From Macrostomum lignano (Eukaryota), in the NCBI GenBank assembly GCA_002269645.1, contig NIVC01000861.1, positions 362,360-426,359 on the forward strand: a DNA stretch of 64,000 bases. Reading direction: 5' to 3'. Every line of letters begins with the position of its first letter. Position 1 is the stretch's first letter. Shown one piece after another: positions 49,176-61,397 of this stretch. The notes beneath the pieces are model-generated. The model saw nothing but the letters and a program-made list of their open reading frames with translations, ran no database searches and was not told where the DNA came from. A program made the translations under genes and the position numbers.

Positions 49176-49269
49176 CTCCCTATTATATACATTATATACT
49201 AGACAAGTAGAAAGCATATCTTTATAGATCTCAATTCTACAGAGAGAGTCTTGATTGACTTGAATTTGA

Positions 49270-49740
49270 TGGAGATAATATTGATTGGCAGCATCTATTG
49301 AGTCCGTGATTACTTTGAAGTCCGGGCCACAAAAGAAGTCCACAGGTGGTTGTCTACTGCTGGTACAGGCCATACATTGTAGTCCTGCGGCGATGGAGAC
49401 AATCGATCCCGCCGGATAGCGTTCTCCATTTTGTTTGCGAACTTCGTAGAAGAATCGCGGCAACAGGTCCCGTAGCTGTTCATGATTCAATTCACTCACC
49501 TTATTTGGAAGGTGGGGGAATCTAGCGGTGATCTATGTAGTGAAAACATTACTAGCCAACTTTTCACTCTCTGAAGTACCTTCGACGAATTTCTACATGT
49601 GTTGAGTGCCACGGCATCACTTAACGTCAGTGGCAAGCCAAAGCGGCTGGAATGAGACACCCCAGATACATCTGAGGTAGCAGTTTCAGATGCGGTAGTC
49701 CCTGACGCCTTTGACAAGATCGAAGAAAAACCATGATGGT
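49270..49740 (-). mobile_element. Crypton/DUF3504-type tyrosine-recombinase N-terminal fragment
   Basis: LRDLLPRFFYEVRKQNGERYPAGSIVSIAAGLQ...FF..PDFKVITDSIDA. Confidence 0.65.
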
Positions 49741-49759
49741 TACGAAGGTCTCCTGCAGC

Positions 49760-50760
49760 CAACACGACGTCGATGTCCGTTTGACGCAGCTGATTAAAAT
49801 TTTCGGGTTTGCACGCTTCAGTAATTGATGTGTGTGGCCCGAGGTAAGTGAGTCTGGCTCGCGTAAAGGCGAGATAGATGCTGACAAAATGCTCAGCAGT
49901 TTCATCACTTGAGTTGCAGAAACTACAGTTGCACTACAGTGGCATTGCCCTGTAAGTACTGGTGCCTGGAGAAGCAGCCGTGACCCAAGAAGGTCATGGT
50001 GGCAGCCCGAATGTCTCCTCGCGAGAGGCGCAAGAGGAGCATTCGGAGTTGGTGAGAGGGCTGGGTGACCGGTACTGGGTCCTGATCCACGCTTTGATGC
50101 GCGAATCAATGACACAGACGGGAATCAGGACAAGGGGTTCGGGCCCGAGAGAGGAGCCGGAGACGCCAACTTTTGCCAGCTCATTCCCTCGGATCTTCAC
50201 GTGCCCCAGAACCCACTAAAGGGTAATTTTGTTTGTTGTAGCGTTGTCTCAGATACAGCGTTGAGTCAATGCCTCGGTGAAGACGCGATAGGCCTGACAC
50301 TCGTTAAGAATATTGAGGCACAGGTCACTACGTTGAACGAGGTTCCGCTTAGCAGGTGCTCTCATGTAGAGGAATTTGACGACGGCATCTAGTAGACGCC
50401 GCGTCGTTCTAGCCGCCTCACCCCTGACGAAGAGGTCGAGAGGCGGTAAATCAAGGAAGGCCCCCATGCTTGCAAAAGGCGTGGACCTAGTGGCGTTGCA
50501 GATAAGCCTACACACTCCACCCTGGATCGTGTTGAGCAACTCTGCATGGGTTTTGACCTGGGTGGCGCTAACACAGGCAACAGAAGCGTACGCAATGGCA
50601 GGTATAAACACAAAAATGTAGATCCACCAAAGACGCTTTGGTGATAAACCCCAGAAAGTGCCAAGTGCTCGCCGGAGCTGGGCTGGGATGGCCTGCTTGG
50701 CTTTTACTTTCACGTGGAAGGAGCAGTTTAACCAGGTGGTCTAGAATGACTCCGAGGCAT
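49760..50760 (-). mobile_element. R1/LOA-like LINE 3' fragment, internally deleted
   Basis: WGLSPKRLWWIY...P...Y, NATRSTP...LDLPPLDL, GNELAKVG.SGSSLGPEP; same family as 59673-60738. Confidence 0.8.
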
Positions 50761-53700
50761 CTGGTCTATTGCATGAAGGCGCTGTCTCTGCCGTATAGCT
50801 GCAAAGGCCCTATGTTTCAGCGTTTTCTACTAGTGAACAATAGTCGAACACAAAACGGACTCCCGATATCAGGAGCCGAGCCGAATCCGCAAATATTTTG
50901 AAGTACACGCTGTTTGCTTCCCGGATTAGGCCCTTGCGGATTACCTTAAGCCTCGTGCCCCTTCAGCGGGAAGTCCTCTCAGCGCGCAGTAGCGTAGGTA
51001 GTGCTGCCACCAGTCCCTTCGGGTCTCGGCCTTCGATGAGGTGAGCTTCCCGGCTTGATCGGGTCTCAGTCGGACCAATAGGAATAGACTCAATGTACGC
51101 AAAGACTCAGACACTCGGGACTTAGTCACACGCGGATGTAGAACTCGAGGTTGGACAGAAAGAAGACCCTTGACGGAAACAAGGGGGAGAGGGGTCCTAT
51201 TTATAGCGCGGGATCCACCTCTGACCCATTGCACAAGATCTCGTGACTTGTTCTATTTTTAGAACTGACGTCACTCCTGGCCTCTGGGCAGAGTCCCCTT
51301 GCACTCGGGACCCCGTGACTCGTTCTATTTTTTAGAACTGACGTCACTTGGGGTCCCCCGGCAGAGTGCACACTCCTCTCCTTAGAGAAGGGAGTGTACC
51401 GAAAGCATGTGACTCCCCGGTAAACAGGACCGGCAAAGGCAGTAAAGTTGTTTACTGCACTTTAGGACTCCAAGAAAGCAAGGCACTGTCATGTGACTAG
51501 CTCACATGACAAGGGAGAACAAGACTGACGAAACAAGGACAGCCCACAGCAGAGAAGCTGGGGGCTGCGAAACGAAGGGACAACGAGGAACAGAAAGTTG
51601 CCAGGGGTTAGCGAAATGGGCGGCAACGCCTCCTCGCTGTTTCCGGACGCACGGAGCCCCCTGCAGCTAAGTCAAGTAAGTCAAGTAAGAGGAACAGAAA
51701 GGGGGGAGCAGCAGCAGACAGACCAAAGGGACGGGAAGCTGCCCAGCGGCAGACAGCAGCCCAGGGCGAGAGCGAAGGCGAGGGCAACTGCTGACAGAGT
51801 GGGACGCCTAACGATTACTAGCGGATCACTACAATTTCATCACATAGGAGGTTAAAACGGAAATTGACTGCAAACAACAAAAATACCACACTGTTCAATG
51901 AAAACTGCTATCCAACACCTTCCTTGCCGACTCAGGAGACCTAGCTCTTACATTTCCTAAGCAACCGAGTTACACACACTTAAAATGCAAAAAGAACTAA
52001 TCCTATCCGACCAAGAGATACCAATAGTGCTTAAGCCTATGGATAAAGGTATGTTCTTGAAAGTGGTAAATGGAACCTATCCTTGAGAAGAAGCCATGAA
52101 ACGGCAAAAGCGAGACATACCGAAGACTTCTAGTGTATCAGCTCGACTTCTAGCAGCAAAACCAGCATGCCAATACGCGATTTCGTCGAAGAACAATACG
52201 CCCGAAGAGATCTACTTAGACTTCCTAGACGCAACTGAATCAGCAGAATACGAGCCCATTTAAAATTTGCCATGGCCAACCGCGAGATTAACTGCCGAAA
52301 TAAAAGAGTCATAACTGAATGACCCTCCGTGATAACTAAAGTCTGATTATTGGGATTATATATTGCATGCGTATATCAACTTAGTCTTAATTAACTTTTA
52401 TAACCTACGCTCGTAACTACCCATAACTAAATACCCACAAGACTTGTTAAAAATAGTTTTTATAAACACATGCTCAAGTTCTTATACCTTTCAACCTTCC
52501 ATTTTAAATTCGGGACGAATTTTTCGTAAAAAGGAGATATTTTAGAGGGTAATTTATTCATAAAATGCTACTGTAAGTAGAGCAACGCAAACACGCGCAG
52601 CAAAAATTAAAGTATGAGTCATGACTCATGTTACTATTTATAAAGAAGAAATGACTCATGATACTATTTATAACGAAGGGGTGAATCATTATTACCATTT
52701 ATAGTGTAACCAATGAATCAACAACGGGAGGGTTGTAAGTGTGAATGACTTTCAATGTACTCGTACGGTATAACCAATCAAAATGGAGGGAGTGAGAAAA
52801 GGTGGTGTGAGGCGCGGAGGGGGGCAGTTGCGATTGGCGAAGCATGGGTAATAGTACAGGCGTACAATGAAATAAACAAGCCTTTACTCTTCAAACCACA
52901 ACTGTCAAAGGGTCAAACTCCTAAAATCTGACCGTTTCACCTCATCAAATTAAACCGGGAAAACCGGTTTACATGAATTTGTGCATACTCGTAAATACAA
53001 GCGCTCTGCGAGACTGGAAAACCTCAGACTCTGAGCAGTCCCAAAGAAATTGGAACCGTTTGGACACCTCGGGACTACATCTCTGAGAGGAAATCTGTTG
53101 CCGTTTGTTAAGCCTTCTAAGACGTCTTTGTTATTTCATATTGAGAGCTGAGTTATTATCGGCGGTTGTTTAACGATTAATCTTGTCGAATTACGAGTTT
53201 AAAAGTGTCACAATTCCTAAGGGATTGGATAGGATCCACTTAACCGATTCCGATACTCTTAGACGTTCGTTGACTTTTGATACCCAGGGGCACACGACTT
53301 TGATTCCGTTATTTCTAGAAGAAGACGCCCTTCCTTGGAAGACCTTATAGTTATTGAGTTGATTATATATTGTGAGGGCGCATTTCTGATATTGAGTTCC
53401 GAGCTCGAGGAATACTTTAACGCCGATGATTCGAATTGATACGTTTATTAAAATTGCTCTCACATACAGCCGACTTCAGACTTGACGAAATCCACTCCTG
53501 AGGAAAATAAGAAGCCCATGACAGGAACAGCGCGCTACAGGAATACAAGAAGAGGAGCCCGCAAGCCGCAACCGTAAGTGATCACTAAATTCTGTTCCCA
53601 GACTTGCGGTCTGGAAGTGGGAGTTTTCGAGTGACTGATCACCACTCCTGAACTCTTCACGATCTCCCGCACGGATATCAAAAACCATGACATAAGATAA

Positions 53701-53993
53701 GGTTAGAGATCGCCGCCATGCTAGACTCTGCGGAGTATTATCTTAGAAAATAAGAGCTATACTCAGCACGTGAGTAGTCTAGCTTGCAAAAATTTTTTTT
53801 CGATAAGTTCATCTATCTAGAACATTTGTTCATTCACATGCCCCCAGAGGGCTAACTTTAGGGTTTGGTCAGACTTGTGCATCATTCTTCGTCTCTGTGC
53901 ATATTTCGAATGTTTTGATTGTGTCATATAAGTAGTGAAAAACATATGATGAGCAATTGTCAGTTTGCGATTTTTTTACTTTCTACTGGTCAA

Positions 53994-54906
53994 ATGGCTG
54001 CTTTGAATCAAATATTCTTCTATACAGTGACTGCGCACAAATCCCTGTCGACTTAAACGCCAGAGAGAAAAAATCAATTTGAAAAGTCATATCAGGGAAA
54101 AGAGCAGAAATTTTAGCATCCACAATGGGGAATTGTATTACATGGTGAGAAATAACGATGGCAGTAAGCGCATGCAGCCCGAAGACAAGCGCAAGGTGCT
54201 GTTTACTGAGCAGGAAGTGCAAGAAAATGTCTTGAGCCTTCATTCTCAAGGAAGCCATGTTGGCGTGAACAGCACCGTAAGTCTTTTCACGGCAAGGTAC
54301 TATGCCGATATACCTGTAACACCGATTGCCAGAGCAAAACACCGAATCCCATTGAAGTTCCTAGGAATGCAAGCGCCTCTTCGGGTTTTTGTGCACGGAC
54401 TGCATCACAATGCCGACTACCACACCAAACGGTTCCAAGTATACCCTGTATGCTGCAAGTTTACAAAGTTTGCCATTTTTCGGGCGTTGCCGAACATCAA
54501 AGCGCTGACTATCGCAGCCGAGTTAAAGAGTATTTTTGCGCTTTTCGGCTGACTAATGGTGATTCTCAGTGATCAGGGACGCGAGTGTTGCAACTTTGTC
54601 TTGGACGCCCTGCTGCAGTCCGGAGAAACACAAAAAGAGTGACCAGCGCTTATCAACCACAGGTAACCTTAGCAGTAATTTTATATGCTTCTAATATTCT
54701 GTAGAGCATCATGTCGTTAAGTACGAGCAGATCACTAACTTTCCCCAGACAAACGGTGAAACTCAGTGCCTCAACCAAACGTGCATTAATCTACTGAGAC
54801 AGCGGTGTGATTCTGAGGAACCAACTAACTCGGATTCCGTGCTGAATGATTTTCAACTCGCCTACAACAGCCGCCGACATTCGGTGACGGGCTTCTCGCT
54901 GGGCAG
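53994..54906 (+). mobile_element. Ginger/GIN-like (gypsy-type) integrase relic with a spliceosomal intron
   Basis: REKSRNFSIHNGELYY, H..G.HVG.N.T...RYY, KFTKF..RAL..K, ILSDQGRE, TSAYQPQ|TNG across a GT-AG intron (54663-54748), QLAYNSRRHSVTGFS. Confidence 0.75.
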
Positions 54907-55635
54907 GTAAATAATACGAAAGTAATTATACAGAGAATCATGTATATTTTATAGTGCATACTTCTATACTGTAGCAGACACTGTTAGATCATATGCCTTC
55001 ATTTCGGCGACCCGAAACTGACAGGAGCCCCGGAGATTTTAAACGGTAACACCGGTACGAAAGGCGTGCTGGGAATCGCTGTCAACTCGCATGAAATCAG
55101 ATACCATCGGGTCCAGGAGATTTGAAAGGCTTGAAGGTTCTGAACGCACTGGCGATTAAATCTTCAGTGACAATGTACGTGACAATCAGTGACAATCAGT
55201 GTCATCAGTGACAATGACAATGTACGCTGCTAGGGTGGCTCCATCCATCGAATGGCATCAACAGATTCAGCATCAACAGTGACAAGCTTTTTTGATCAAG
55301 TAGTTATTCGATGCTAGTAGTACTCGTATCTTTTCATTTTCAATGTTTTTGCGGTATATTTAATCAGTAAGACAAAAACTATTTTGCAAATTAAAATTAA
55401 AAATATACGAAAAATTATAATGTTCCAGATTAATTTTCATTCAATAAAAACCGTTTACACATATACGCTTGTAAAAATTGTGTTGTGAAAAATCGATAGT
55501 TTTTAAACAGCTCATTTAAAAAAAGATTTTCGAGACCTAAATTTCTTAAAAATAAGCAAACTCTGATCAATCGTCCACCGTGTCACAGCTGGTCTTTTTG
55601 ATTAAAGTTAGCTGAATCCAACCAGCGATTCTTCA

Positions 55636-57561
55636 TCAGCCACTCGCTTCATTGTCGTACACTTTATAGACGCTCGACTTGTCCGGAGCGCCCTGCTGTC
55701 CGCTGCTGAGCCCGGCAGCCGAGCTCGCACCCTTCAACTTGATTGACAGAAAGATTAGCAGAGCCAGAATCAGAATGAACCCCAGGCAGCTGCACACAAC
55801 GATGATGATCAGCAGGTGCTCCGAGCTCAGGCCGCCCTTCTGCGACGTTGGAGTAGCGGGGGGCCTAGCGGTGGTTGTTGTACGATCTGGAGCAGCCGGT
55901 CGGTCCATCTCTGCCAGCATTTTGATCTCCTGCTCGCAAAATCGCTGACCGAACAGAGTAGACGATATGGCCAGAGTAACAGCTGAATTGAGCTGAAATA
56001 AACCCAGAGCCAACACTTCGGCCATTTGACGCGAGCGCTTCGGGTCGTAGCAGGCATTGTTGGGCCAGAGAGTGTTCTCCAGGTAGTTGCGGCACAGCGG
56101 GTCGCAGCCCGTTCGAGAGAAGCACTTGTTGGCGGCCATTTCAGAATAAACTCGGTTTGGGATTTCACCGTTTCGCATCGCGGTGATGTTGCAACCCCTC
56201 TCGATTTGAGGAGTGATGCGGCTCCGCAACCAACACGAATTGATGCCCGACACACCGATGCAGCGTCCGAGCTTATCGTCGGTGCTCACGGAGACATCGT
56301 TAGGATAATAATATAGAAATGAAAGGCACATCTCGTCGCTAGTACCTTCGCCAAAGAAGATAGTAACGTTGGTTTTTTGTGTGTTAAAATAACATTCGGT
56401 CTTTACTTCGTCACCTTTCCGGTATTCGATCGGTGGGTCGAAAGCATGAATCTCCGGTGAGTTGTAATCGTACACTTGAAGAGGAGACAGGTCTTTAATC
56501 ATAGTTCCGTTTCTCCACAACGAGATGCGTCCTTTAATGCCATAGGTGTGCATGTGGATAGTTGCCCCGGTGATGTAGCGAGTCTCATTGTGGTACCGGT
56601 TCGTGCACACCGAAGGGCAGGTGTGGTTCACGCTGATCAACGGCTGTCGCGGTGGGAGAACGAGATTTCCCTCGCCATACATCACAGTTCCCAAGTCGTA
56701 TGGTCGCAGGTTTTGTGTAAAGTAAAGAGCAAAGCCAGAAGCGTCGGTGTAGCCTGAATGCCTCGCCGGGTTGTTCCAGTGAAGCTGCAAAACTCCGTAC
56801 CGAAAGCCATCACCGCCGATTCGGAACCCCGCGTTGCTGTTGAAGCACTCACCTTTGACTCCGTAACCCCAGAGGTTCAACATCTCGGTGCAGTTTCCAA
56901 GAGCCATGAAACACTGTTTTGGATTATCGAACAGCGTCTGTTCTGGCTTGACACTGCAGGCGTACATAATCATGTGGTGCATGACGTTCTTGTTGTCGAT
57001 GATCGGCCTCGATCCGATCAGGTGAACCGGAGAGGCTGTGTTGTTCAGCTCGAACGCCTGACAGATGTAGGTGGTCTCATTGGCGGGCACGGGAGTCGGT
57101 TTGAGGGTGAGGTTTCTCATGGTCACGTTGGCACCGTCCAGTGCTGGACAGCTGAAGGCCTTCGGACACACGGTCCACGAGTTCTTGCACGTCGCGGAGT
57201 CGAGCGGGCAGATGCCAGGGTGGGACAGTCCAGTCGTTCGCGCTGGAGCCGCACCGACCTTCCACACGCAGTCGGGGTCTCCGAGCTCTTGGCCGTTCGT
57301 GAGTCCGTCGCCGTCCGAGTCCTTGCGGCACAGGTCGACCGTCCACTGGAGCCCGGCCGCCTTGAAGTCCATGCCGAATGGGTTTCTGGCGTTAGCGCCG
57401 GCGGGACTCTGGTGTCCGACTCCGGCCCAGATGGCGCCTGGCTGGCACGGGTTCGGGACGCGGTCGCCGTTCGGGATTCGGGACTGGAACGACTTGTGCG
57501 CGTGAGAGCAGCTGAGCAGTGCAGCCAGAGCCACAGAAAGCAGCAGCATAGTCGTTTTCAT
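55636..57561 (-). CDS. Temptin-domain copper type II monooxygenase, copy 5, membrane-anchored, 641 aa
   Basis: Intact ORF, all Cu ligands, Thr/Pro linker, TM LLIIIVVCSCLGFILILALLIFL and a short cytosolic tail. Confidence 0.93.
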   Translation of the reverse strand: MKTTMLLLSVALAALLSCSHAHKSFQSRIPNGDRVPNPCQPGAIWAGVGHQSPAGANARNPFGMDFKAAGLQWTVDLCRKDSDGDGLTNGQELGDPDCVWKVGAAPARTTGLSHPGICPLDSATCKNSWTVCPKAFSCPALDGANVTMRNLTLKPTPVPANETTYICQAFELNNTASPVHLIGSRPIIDNKNVMHHMIMYACSVKPEQTLFDNPKQCFMALGNCTEMLNLWGYGVKGECFNSNAGFRIGGDGFRYGVLQLHWNNPARHSGYTDASGFALYFTQNLRPYDLGTVMYGEGNLVLPPRQPLISVNHTCPSVCTNRYHNETRYITGATIHMHTYGIKGRISLWRNGTMIKDLSPLQVYDYNSPEIHAFDPPIEYRKGDEVKTECYFNTQKTNVTIFFGEGTSDEMCLSFLYYYPNDVSVSTDDKLGRCIGVSGINSCWLRSRITPQIERGCNITAMRNGEIPNRVYSEMAANKCFSRTGCDPLCRNYLENTLWPNNACYDPKRSRQMAEVLALGLFQLNSAVTLAISSTLFGQRFCEQEIKMLAEMDRPAAPDRTTTTARPPATPTSQKGGLSSEHLLIIIVVCSCLGFILILALLIFLSIKLKGASSAAGLSSGQQGAPDKSSVYKVYDNEASG

Positions 57562-59297
57562 TGTTATTTTTCAGCAGCTTGAGGTTATTGCAGTTGAAAA
57601 CTTGCATCGGCTGTCTGCTCTGAGAGTTTTTATACTTTTATTGAGAGTTCATCGAATGCTAAAAATAAATAGATGACGCGCTGGACCAATGAAAACGCCC
57701 AGAAAGTTTATGCTGTCACTTAGAGTATGGTTTTTTCTAGAATTCATCATCTACGAGTAATTGGTGTGTCTCGTATTCTCAGACCTCGTTCTTTCCAGAA
57801 GTGTTTTTTATGCCGTTGTTATTGAGGCGTCACAAAGAGTACACTCTAAATAGACACTCGAAATCGTGAGAAAGTTTTTGCAAGAATATTAACGAGAATA
57901 GTATAGACTGTCATAATTTTAAACCTTGTTGTTGGCATACCAGACAGTTCCAGTGATTATATACTTATTTAGCGTTTGGTAGAGAGCATCGTTGGTAGAA
58001 AAGTTCAGGTGTATTATATAAATTAATCATAGTAAAGCGTGTGGTAATCTTAATAACCTACACGTCTCACCGAATTCGTGTAGGCTAATAATTTGTGAAT
58101 CATTTGATGCAGGTTGTAGGGGTCGAAAAAATCGCCATTGAATAGACTTGCTTACACTGATCTATGTAAATCTTGCAGCGCTGAGCTGCATTGTGCATGA
58201 AATTTCATTTTAACCGAAAGCTAGGAAATTTAATCGCACGGCTTTCATTGTCTATTCTGTTTGCATCAAATGGAGCACGGCTTATAATTAAACTGATGGG
58301 CAAGAAAATGGAAAAGAGAAAAGAAAATAACCAAATTTTCGACGGGCAAAGATAACAAGAGCAGGGCGTTACGCTTGAATAAGTACTTGGGGCTGCGCTG
58401 GAGTAGCCAGTGCTTGTGAAGTGGACAAAGTTTCAAATGACGGTTATTGTTTTTTGAGCCTAAGCTAGGAAACGTAGAGCCTACGTAGCTGGACAACAAT
58501 ATGCAACTGACAGTTTTCTATCGTCCACTCCGCATTTTATGAGCTTGCTAGCTAAACTTAGAATCGGAAAAATTAGTGCAGAAAGTACTAGTACTAGTGT
58601 GATAAATAATAATATAGACGATTTTTTAAAAAAATGGTCAACTTTTAATCAGCTGAGTTATAGGATGCCACGGCTTAAGGAGTTGCTGGAATGAAAAGGA
58701 TCAAGGGGAGTTGCGATTGCTAGCTCGTAGAAGGGGTCTTTAACAAGAAAGCTTGATACGATATATCAAGGTTAATAAACTCCTGCTTTACACCTCCCCG
58801 ATGAGGGACCAATCTGCTAGTTTCCTATAAAACCACAAGCAGTACTATGAGGAAAATCGTAATTGATAGAGTTTAGTAATTTGCTTTTAAATTTCTATCA
58901 TTTTTTCTTGCAGAAACTTTCCTTCGAAGTGACAACATTTTGGATAATGGAATATTAAGTATGGATACTATTAAACTGGCTTGAACATCAGAACTTTTTA
59001 AATAACAATGCAAATTGTAGCAACAAATCGCAACTGTCGCACAGTTAAATCATTAAACGCGTATCGCCATCGATCTCTAATGGTGCTTTTGATGCCTTTG
59101 CGTAAGTGTAATCAGCAGAAGATTCCTATTTTCTAAACTGTCCACAAAGCAAAGTTGACGCAAGCGCCAAGAGCAGACAAGAACAGACAAAGCTATAGTC
59201 ACTTTTTGGACTCATTATACGAGCGTATGCATAGTCAGAAAAAACTTCACTTTAGCGTCTTCTTAGAAAACAACTTGTTTACTTTATTTAGTGTCCA

Positions 59298-60964
59298 TTA
59301 TATAAAAAATAGCCAATATTGCTGGGTACTCTTGAAGTGAAGCGAAAGTTCCGTTAGCAAGAGGTTGGGAGAAATCAGCCGACACGCGCGTGATGCGTGA
59401 ACAAGCATATAGCCTTGGCAGCAACTCCCCCAGATGAAAAAGACCTGCAAGCCTAAAAATAGCCCAGATGATCGACGAGCGAGAAGCCCAGCCATGCGAC
59501 CCTCGCATGATGCATGAACCACCTCTGGCCGACACTGCCTATTAAGCCTCCAAGTCATTGTCTTTCTCGTCTTCGCAGGAATGCTGTCACTCAAATGACT
59601 CGGAAAGCCGGGAAAAATGGAGGGCACTGCTTCTGGATAGAGTCGCTTCCGTTCCAATGGCCGAAATACGACTTACTTTGACTTAGCTGCAGGGCTGTCC
59701 CGGAGGGGACACTTGACACAGCGGGAAGGCGCGGGCGCCCATTCCTCTAATCCCTGAACGGCCGACGCGTCGCTATTGACGGAGGGTTGGCGCCGCCCAG
59801 GGAATCCCCCAGTGTCGCCAGCAGCTATAGTGCTCTCTGGAAAGGAGAGTTCAGCCCTGCGGGTGGCCCGAAGGTAGCGCATGAGCTGGTTAAAGTTTTC
59901 GGGTTTGCACGCTTCAGTAATAGATGTGTGTGGCCCGAGGTAAGTGAGTCTGGCCCACGTAAAGGCGGGACAGATGCTGACGAAATGCTCAGCGGTTTCG
60001 TCACCTGAGTTGCAGAAACTGCAGATGGCGTTGGTGGCGTTGCCCTGCAAGTACTGGTGCCTAGAGAAGCAGCCGTGACCTGAGAGGGTCATGGTGGCAG
60101 CCCGGATGTCTCTACGCGAGAGGCGCAAGAGGAGCTTCCGGAGCTGGTGAGAGGGCTGAGGGACAGCGCCTCTGGATTCCCTGCAGGTGGTGCAGTTCGC
60201 CCAAGTCGAGCGGTGCTGAGTCCTGATCCACGCTTTGATGCGCGAGTCGATGACACAGCCGGGAATCGGGACAAGAGGTTCGGGACCGAGAGAGGAGCCG
60301 GAGGCACCAACTTTTGCAAGGGTGTCGGCCAACTTATTCCCTCGGATCCCCACATGCCCCGGAACCCTCATTTTGTTAGTGGGTGATTTTGTAATTTTGT
60401 AATTTTGTTAATTTTGTTGGTGGAAGTCAGTAAGAGGGAAATTTTGTTATTTTGGGTAATTTTGTTGGTGGAACCCAACATGTTGAGGAGTCTGATACAA
60501 TCGAGGACTGTAGCAGAATTGGTGCAGCAGCCACTGATGGCGTGCAAGGCAGCTTGGCTGTCCGAATGGAAAATGATGTTCTTACCAGTAACGCCAGTGG
60601 CGAGAAGCTCTGCAGTGCAGGAGCTGATGGCCAGAACTTCATTTTGGAAGACACTGGAGTTGACCCCAGTGTATTGAGCGTGGGTAGCGATGACCCTCCC
60701 GTCCAGAAAGATTCCAACACCAAATCCGGTGTGAAATCCTTCTAGAGATTGCACAAAACACTCTGGAATAAAGTGCTCAGAGCACACCTTGGAATGCTTT
60801 GAAGGTTTGAAATCTTTGCGGCGGCGAGCAGCTATCCATTTTTTCTTAACATCATTGTCCTTCGGGAAGGAGTGAAATGAGATTGCTGACGAACTTGAGG
60901 CCCTGTTGCTACAAACAAATGCTGTGCAGAAGTGACTGTTTCCTGGCTTTTTAGCTTGCTGCAT
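59298..60964 (-). pseudogene. THAP-domain ORF interrupted by a LINE insertion
   Basis: 5' part CTAFVC..FHSFP..W..VCSEHF (60739-60964) joins in frame to the 3' part RKRLYPEAVPSIF (to 59672). Confidence 0.8.
59673..60738 (-). mobile_element. 5'-truncated R1/LOA-like LINE (RNase H + zinc knuckle)
   Basis: SVFQNEVLAI, IFHSDSQAAL, VPGHVGIRGNKLADTLAK, CSFCNSGDETAEHFVSICP; tail ccctgcagctaagtcaa(a)gtaag, also seen at ~51658-51690. Confidence 0.88.
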
Positions 60965-61100
60965 CGTATGCTGATTGAATTATTTTTCGCTACACATTCA
61001 TCAGTTTTCTTAATTAATCAACCATATATTTTTTTTCATTTTTACTTAGCAGTCAGTACAACCATATGTGCGCTTGATGAGATTTTAGACAGATTTTAGA

Positions 61101-61397
61101 CAGTGGGATAGTGGGGTGCCCCGGTCCCCACGCAGTTCACTAAAATGAGTGGCTGCGGCGTTAAAATGGTGCCTGCAGCGCTAAAATGAGTTTCTGCGGT
61201 GCTAAAATGAGTGTCTGCGGTGCTAAAATGAGTGTCTGCGGTGCTAAAATGAGTGTCTGCGGTGCTAAAATGAGTGTCTGCGGTGCTAAAATGAGTGTCT
61301 GCGGTGCTAAAATGAGTGTCTGCGGTGCTAAAATGAGTGCCTGCGGCGCTAAAATGGTAGAAGTTCGTGGGGACCAGGGCACCGCACTATCTCACTG
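61101..61397. mobile_element. MITE with ~32-bp TIRs enclosing a 21-bp minisatellite
   Basis: cagtgggatagtggggtgccccggtccccacg vs reverse complement cagtgagatagtgcggtgccctggtccccacg (3 mismatches); core unit gctaaaatgagtgtctgcggt. Confidence 0.8.

Noticed and set aside
53130-53600. Possible Penelope-like RT/GIY-YIG linker fragment
   Set aside because: Only a vague resemblance (VVCPWVSKVNERLR); no catalytic motif seen.
56758-57582. Long antisense ORFs over the monooxygenase genes (also 13751-14362, 23234-23971, 47516-48205)
   Set aside because: Expected shadows of GC-rich codon usage, with no recognisable motifs; their recurrence only reflects the sense-strand paralogy.
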